Shown here: one piece after another, positions 24,705 to 27,710 of the stretch
How positions within the stretch are numbered: position 1 is the stretch's first letter
How the letters are laid out: every line of letters starts with the position of its first letter
Assembly (NCBI GenBank): GCA_037127615.1
Contig: JBAXYC010000001.1
Coordinates: forward strand, 1 to 27,710
Origin: a bacterium
GTDB taxonomy: Bacteria; Patescibacteriota; Minisyncoccia; Phycocordibacterales; PALSA-1337
Length of the DNA: 27,710 bases
Reading direction: 5' to 3'
Made by a program: the position numbers and the translations under genes
The notes under the pieces: generated by a model
The model's input: only the letters and a program-made list of their open reading frames with translations
Databases searched by the model: none
What the model was told of the DNA's origin: nothing

Positions 24705-24717
24705 GCGGTATTTTAAT

Positions 24718-25002
24718 TTATTTATTCTGCAATGTCTGAACTACTGCCCGTAGCTCTGAAACACTTGTTGACGCAGATGGAACGGTTGGCACATTGCCGC
24801 CGCCGAGCTCTGTCGAAAGCCAATTTACATATGGCTGAATAATATAGTATGCCCCGAACGAAAGACCGATAATAAGGAGCCAATACGCGACTTGAAAAAT
24901 ATGGCCGTTTCGAGCGCGGCGGTTCATTTTTACAAGTAGTGCATTGTTGTCGAGGGAAACCTTTAGCGTCCGCTCGAGTAGGTTCTTTTCTTCAGGGGTC
25001 AT
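24718..25002 (-). CDS. Small single-pass membrane hypothetical protein
   Basis: Start MTPEEK at ATG 25002 (the ORF-track extension overlaps tRNA-Arg). One TM helix, AYWLLIIGLSFGAYYII. Confidence 0.7.
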   Translation of the reverse strand: MTPEEKNLLERTLKVSLDNNALLVKMNRRARNGHIFQVAYWLLIIGLSFGAYYIIQPYVNWLSTELGGGNVPTVPSASTSVSELRAVVQTLQNK

Positions 25003-25062
25003 ACGGGCATTAGTGTAGCAGAAAGTGGGCAAAAAATAAAGGTTCTGGAGCTTTCTAGTACC

Positions 25063-25137
25063 TGGTGCCACCAGCAGGAATCGAACCTGCATCTAGAGCT
25101 TAGGAGTCCCTTGTTCTATCCATTGAACTATGGCGGC
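25063..25137 (-). tRNA. tRNA-Arg (CCT)
   Basis: Acceptor GCCGCCA/TGGTGGC, anticodon loop CT-CCT-AA, T-arm GCAGG/CCTGC and encoded CCA. A31-G39 is mismatched. Confidence 0.88.
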
Positions 25138-25772
25138 GTTGATTCCAACTTAATATAATCAATCATACTAATCACTGACTTGAAATACGCTGCAGCTCTT
25201 ACTATTCGTACTCGACACATTCCATATATTAGCCTCTTATTATCACCTCCCTTCAGAATTTCATAACCAACCAGCTGTTTTTGGTCAATATTCAGAAAAT
25301 TTGTCCAAAAAAATATAGTTTTTTGAATATCCATTCCTGCAAATATCCGTAGACCAAGCCTTATTTCACTTTTCGGTACCCCCAATGTATACAGCCCCTT
25401 AAGAAAAGATCTAATAAGATAAGGGTCTCCGTTGATTAAGTTAAATTCCCCTTTTGACCCTTCGCCCCAATAGATAGCAGCGAGAACAAGTAGTCTATCT
25501 CGATCAGAAATCTCACCTAACGTACTAGCGACCCGCTCCTTTGCTTCAAGCCATTTTTTTCTTGCCCGCTCTTTGCTGCCTCCTTGTTTTACCCTCAGGG
25601 CATCTCGAAACTTTGGTAACACCTCAACTTCTTTAATATATTTAAACACTGTTCCTGATGCACGTCCAGTGATTTTTTTGATTTCAGGCAAAGAATGCCC
25701 AGTCTTCCTTAAACTGACTATTCGCCTTATTTCTGTTTTGGTAAGAGATTTCTTTGATGGAGTAAAAAGTAT
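25128..25772 (-). CDS. HTH plus degenerate LAGLIDADG-like protein overlapping the tRNA-Arg 5' end
   Basis: AAIYWGEGSK helix, NGDPYLIRSFL and YGMCRVRI. The frame stays open upstream of TTG 25691 through an HTH (EIRRIVSLRKTGHSLPEIKKITGRASGTVFKY) to ATA 25772. The start codon is uncertain. Confidence 0.65.
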   Translation of the reverse strand: MLFTPSKKSLTKTEIRRIVSLRKTGHSLPEIKKITGRASGTVFKYIKEVEVLPKFRDALRVKQGGSKERARKKWLEAKERVASTLGEISDRDRLLVLAAIYWGEGSKGEFNLINGDPYLIRSFLKGLYTLGVPKSEIRLGLRIFAGMDIQKTIFFWTNFLNIDQKQLVGYEILKGGDNKRLIYGMCRVRIVRAAAYFKSVISMIDYIKLESTPP

Positions 25773-26008
25773 TACTTAATCCCGAGCTCTGCAGCAATCT
25801 TTTCTTGGTCAAAACCGACAGTAATATCGTCTCCTACGATGATGACTGGCACGCCCATCTGGCCTGTCTTGTCGATCATTTCCTTGCGCCTCTCCATATC
25901 TGAGGCGACATTGTATTCAGTAAAAGCGACATTGTTTGCAGTAAAAAAATCTTTTGCAGCTTTGCAATAAGTACAAGTTGGTGTTGAATATATTGTTACA
26001 TTTTTCAT
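25772..26008 (-). CDS. Glutaredoxin / NrdH-like redoxin
   Basis: IYSTPTCTYC, GQMGVPVI and VGFD. Start is ATG 26008 or 26017. Confidence 0.92.
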   Translation of the reverse strand: MKNVTIYSTPTCTYCKAAKDFFTANNVAFTEYNVASDMERRKEMIDKTGQMGVPVIIVGDDITVGFDQEKIAAELGIK

Positions 26009-26063
26009 AGTGCGCATATTGTAACATATGTATAAAAATTGGAAACCAAAAGTAGAAAAAACT

Positions 26064-26088
26064 AACCCCGCTACACTCGTGCGGGGTT
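26064..26088 (-). terminator. Probable intrinsic terminator
   Basis: AACCCCGC/GCGGGGTT stem, followed on the minus strand by AGTTTTTTCT. Confidence 0.6.
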
Positions 26089-26106
26089 GGCTGCGTTTAG
26101 AACGCT

Positions 26107-26298
26107 CTAATCGTCTTGAGGACAGGAACCGCGGGTCATCCCGTGATCACCCTTCCACTTAAGGATTCGGAGATACACCGGCTCAGGCGATGGCTTGGTT
26201 TTTGAGGCGTCACTTGTTGTCCTGCCTTCAACTGCATCTTTGGCAGCCGCAAAACCAGTTTGGGCAGTCTGGTCACTGCATTTCTTTTTTGAGTTCAT
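26107..26298 (-). CDS. Small hypothetical protein
   Basis: 63-aa ORF with an ATG start that ends just before a terminator-like hairpin; no motif recognised. Confidence 0.4.
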   Translation of the reverse strand: MNSKKKCSDQTAQTGFAAAKDAVEGRTTSDASKTKPSPEPVYLRILKWKGDHGMTRGSCPQDD

Positions 26299-26396
26299 AA
26301 AACAGTTTCGTTTGGTTGCGATTGGTTTATTGAAATAACTCTACACTGACCTGTATTGTATCATGTTTAAGCCCAACTTGTCAAATGAGGCCGGAA

Positions 26397-26771
26397 CTAG
26401 AAAAAATGAGTAACCCAGGCCCAGAAACCAGAGGTTGAAGTGGCGACGGGGGTTGAATCGCTTGCAGAATTGTCCACAATGACCGCTATCTGCTCGCCAG
26501 GCTTCACCACACGAAACTTATGACGAATATCTGCTTCTACTCCCTGCTGCGTCTGCAGCGCAGCGACAGACGCAGCGAGATCCTGCTGAGTTGCAGTCAC
26601 TTTTGTGAGCTCAGTTCTCGCTTGATCGAGATAATTGCGGCTTGCCGACTCTTTTTCATATACATTCCACGCTCCACGCACGAGTACCACAGCAACAACC
26701 GCGAGCGCGATCAGACTGATCGGTGAATAGAGGATTTTTCTGAGTTTTCGTTTTTGCTGGAATTCGAGCAT
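26397..26771 (-). CDS. Septum formation initiator family (FtsB/DivIC-like)
   Basis: Basic N-terminus, TM helix, coiled coil and VEADIRHKFRVVKPGEQIAVIV. Start placed at ATG 26771. Confidence 0.75.
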   Translation of the reverse strand: MLEFQQKRKLRKILYSPISLIALAVVAVVLVRGAWNVYEKESASRNYLDQARTELTKVTATQQDLAASVAALQTQQGVEADIRHKFRVVKPGEQIAVIVDNSASDSTPVATSTSGFWAWVTHFF

Positions 26772-26812
26772 ATCATATAGTATACTACAGGCACTCAATT
26801 TAATTTACATAT

Positions 26813-26926
26813 ATGTTATTTAACCCAAAACACAAGAAGCTTCTTAATGGCATTTTTATGGTCGTCGGTATCCTCATCATCCTTAGTATGGTGATCCTTT
26901 ACTTCCCTTCACTAGGTACAAAATAG
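26813..26926 (+). CDS. 37-aa small membrane protein (below the ORF-track cutoff)
   Basis: MLFNPKHKKLLNGIFMVVGILIILSMVILYFPSLGTK*: a basic N-terminus plus one TM helix, filling the gap before lepA. Confidence 0.55.
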   Translation: MLFNPKHKKLLNGIFMVVGILIILSMVILYFPSLGTK

Positions 26927-26940
26927 TCGCCGTTTGGTCA

Positions 26941-27710
26941 CTAGTCCGCACGCATCATCTTTAGAAAGACATCCTGCGGGATATTTACTGAGCCACGGCC
27001 AAGCTCTTTCATTTTTTTCTTACCTTCTTTTTGCTTTTCCCAGAGCTTCATTTTGCGTGTACGATCACCACCATACATGTGCTGAGTGACATTTTTTTGC
27101 ATACCCGCAAGCGTTTCGGACGAAATAATACGCCCCATTGCTTTCGCCTGGATCTTCACAGTAAACATCTGACGCGGAAGGATCTTGTGGAGCTTTTCAG
27201 TAACTTGCTTTGCCTCCTCTTCGGCACGGCGGCGAGCAACGACGCGTGCAAACGCAATAACCGGCTCGTCGGCGACGAGAATGTCCATGCGTACAACATC
27301 AGCAACCCGCATCTCACCAATTTCGTATGAAATAGAGGCAAAACCAGACGAAAGACTTTTTACTTCATCAAAAAAATTTCGCATGAGCTCGCGAAGCGGC
27401 ATCATGAGGGTGACCGATGTGCGGTTCTCTCCAAAATTTTCAGTCGCGAGAACTTCCCCTTCATGCTCAAACAGGCTTTGCATAAGAATGCCAAGATATT
27501 GCGGTGGAGTGATGATTTTCATTTTAACAAGCGGCTCACGGATCTCGACAATGTCATGATCGTCTGGAAAAAGTGATGGTGAGTACACGATCTGTTCTTT
27601 GCCATTTTTAAGCTTTGCGACATATGTGATCGACGGTGTGGTAACAACAAGATTCAGACTAAACTCACGTCGAAGGCGCTCGCTAATGATCTAGAGATGG
27701 AGCATGCAAA
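26941..27710 (-). CDS. lepA: Elongation factor 4 (LepA), C-terminal part (partial)
   Basis: ERLRREFSLNLVVTTPSITY, YGGDRTRKMKLWEKQKEGKKKMK and VNIPQDVF. One in-frame TAG lies near the window edge (27691-27693). Confidence 0.95.

Noticed and set aside
25734-25743. TGTTTTGGTA, a 10-nt match to the array core
   Set aside because: It is on the opposite strand to tRNA-Arg, inside coding sequence and not preceded by a tRNA 5' copy, so it is compatible with chance.
165-27559. Numerous 60-160 aa antisense or alternate-frame ORFs inside long genes
   Set aside because: These are shadows of real genes; those over the Thr/Pro repeats merely mirror low-complexity codons.
1-27710. Alternative genetic code (TGA=Gly or TAG recoding)
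   Set aside because: Long conserved genes are open in code 11, TGA ends 7221-7676, and TAG ends many genes. The single lepA TAG is at the window edge.

Overview
The window reads in genetic code 11. It looks like chromosomal DNA from a Patescibacteria (CPR, Parcubacteria-like) genome; this is an inference from gene style, small membrane proteins and an HTH/LAGLIDADG-like gene overlapping a tRNA. Housekeeping content is the ftsZ 3' end, trxB, tsaD, PrsW, Hsp20, glutaredoxin, an FtsB/DivIC-like gene, the lepA 3' part and five tRNAs (Glu, Ser, Val, Phe, Arg). A ~9.3 kb integrated island follows tRNA-Ser. It carries a truncated sigma-like protein, a large serine recombinase, terminase small and large subunits, two DNA methyltransferases and a ~1 kb highly structured non-coding end, but no portal, capsid or replication gene. 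The most unexplained signal is a pair of 38-nt tandem arrays directly upstream of two different tRNA genes (Val and Phe). Each unit begins with the first ~10 nt of its own tRNA and continues with an identical 16-nt core, GTGTTTTGGTAGTTAA, that mimics the D-loop in register. A third tRNA (Arg) has an HTH/LAGLIDADG-like ORF ending at the same tRNA position (TAG, nt 8-10). All family assignments come from motif recognition by eye; no database searches or folding programs were run.
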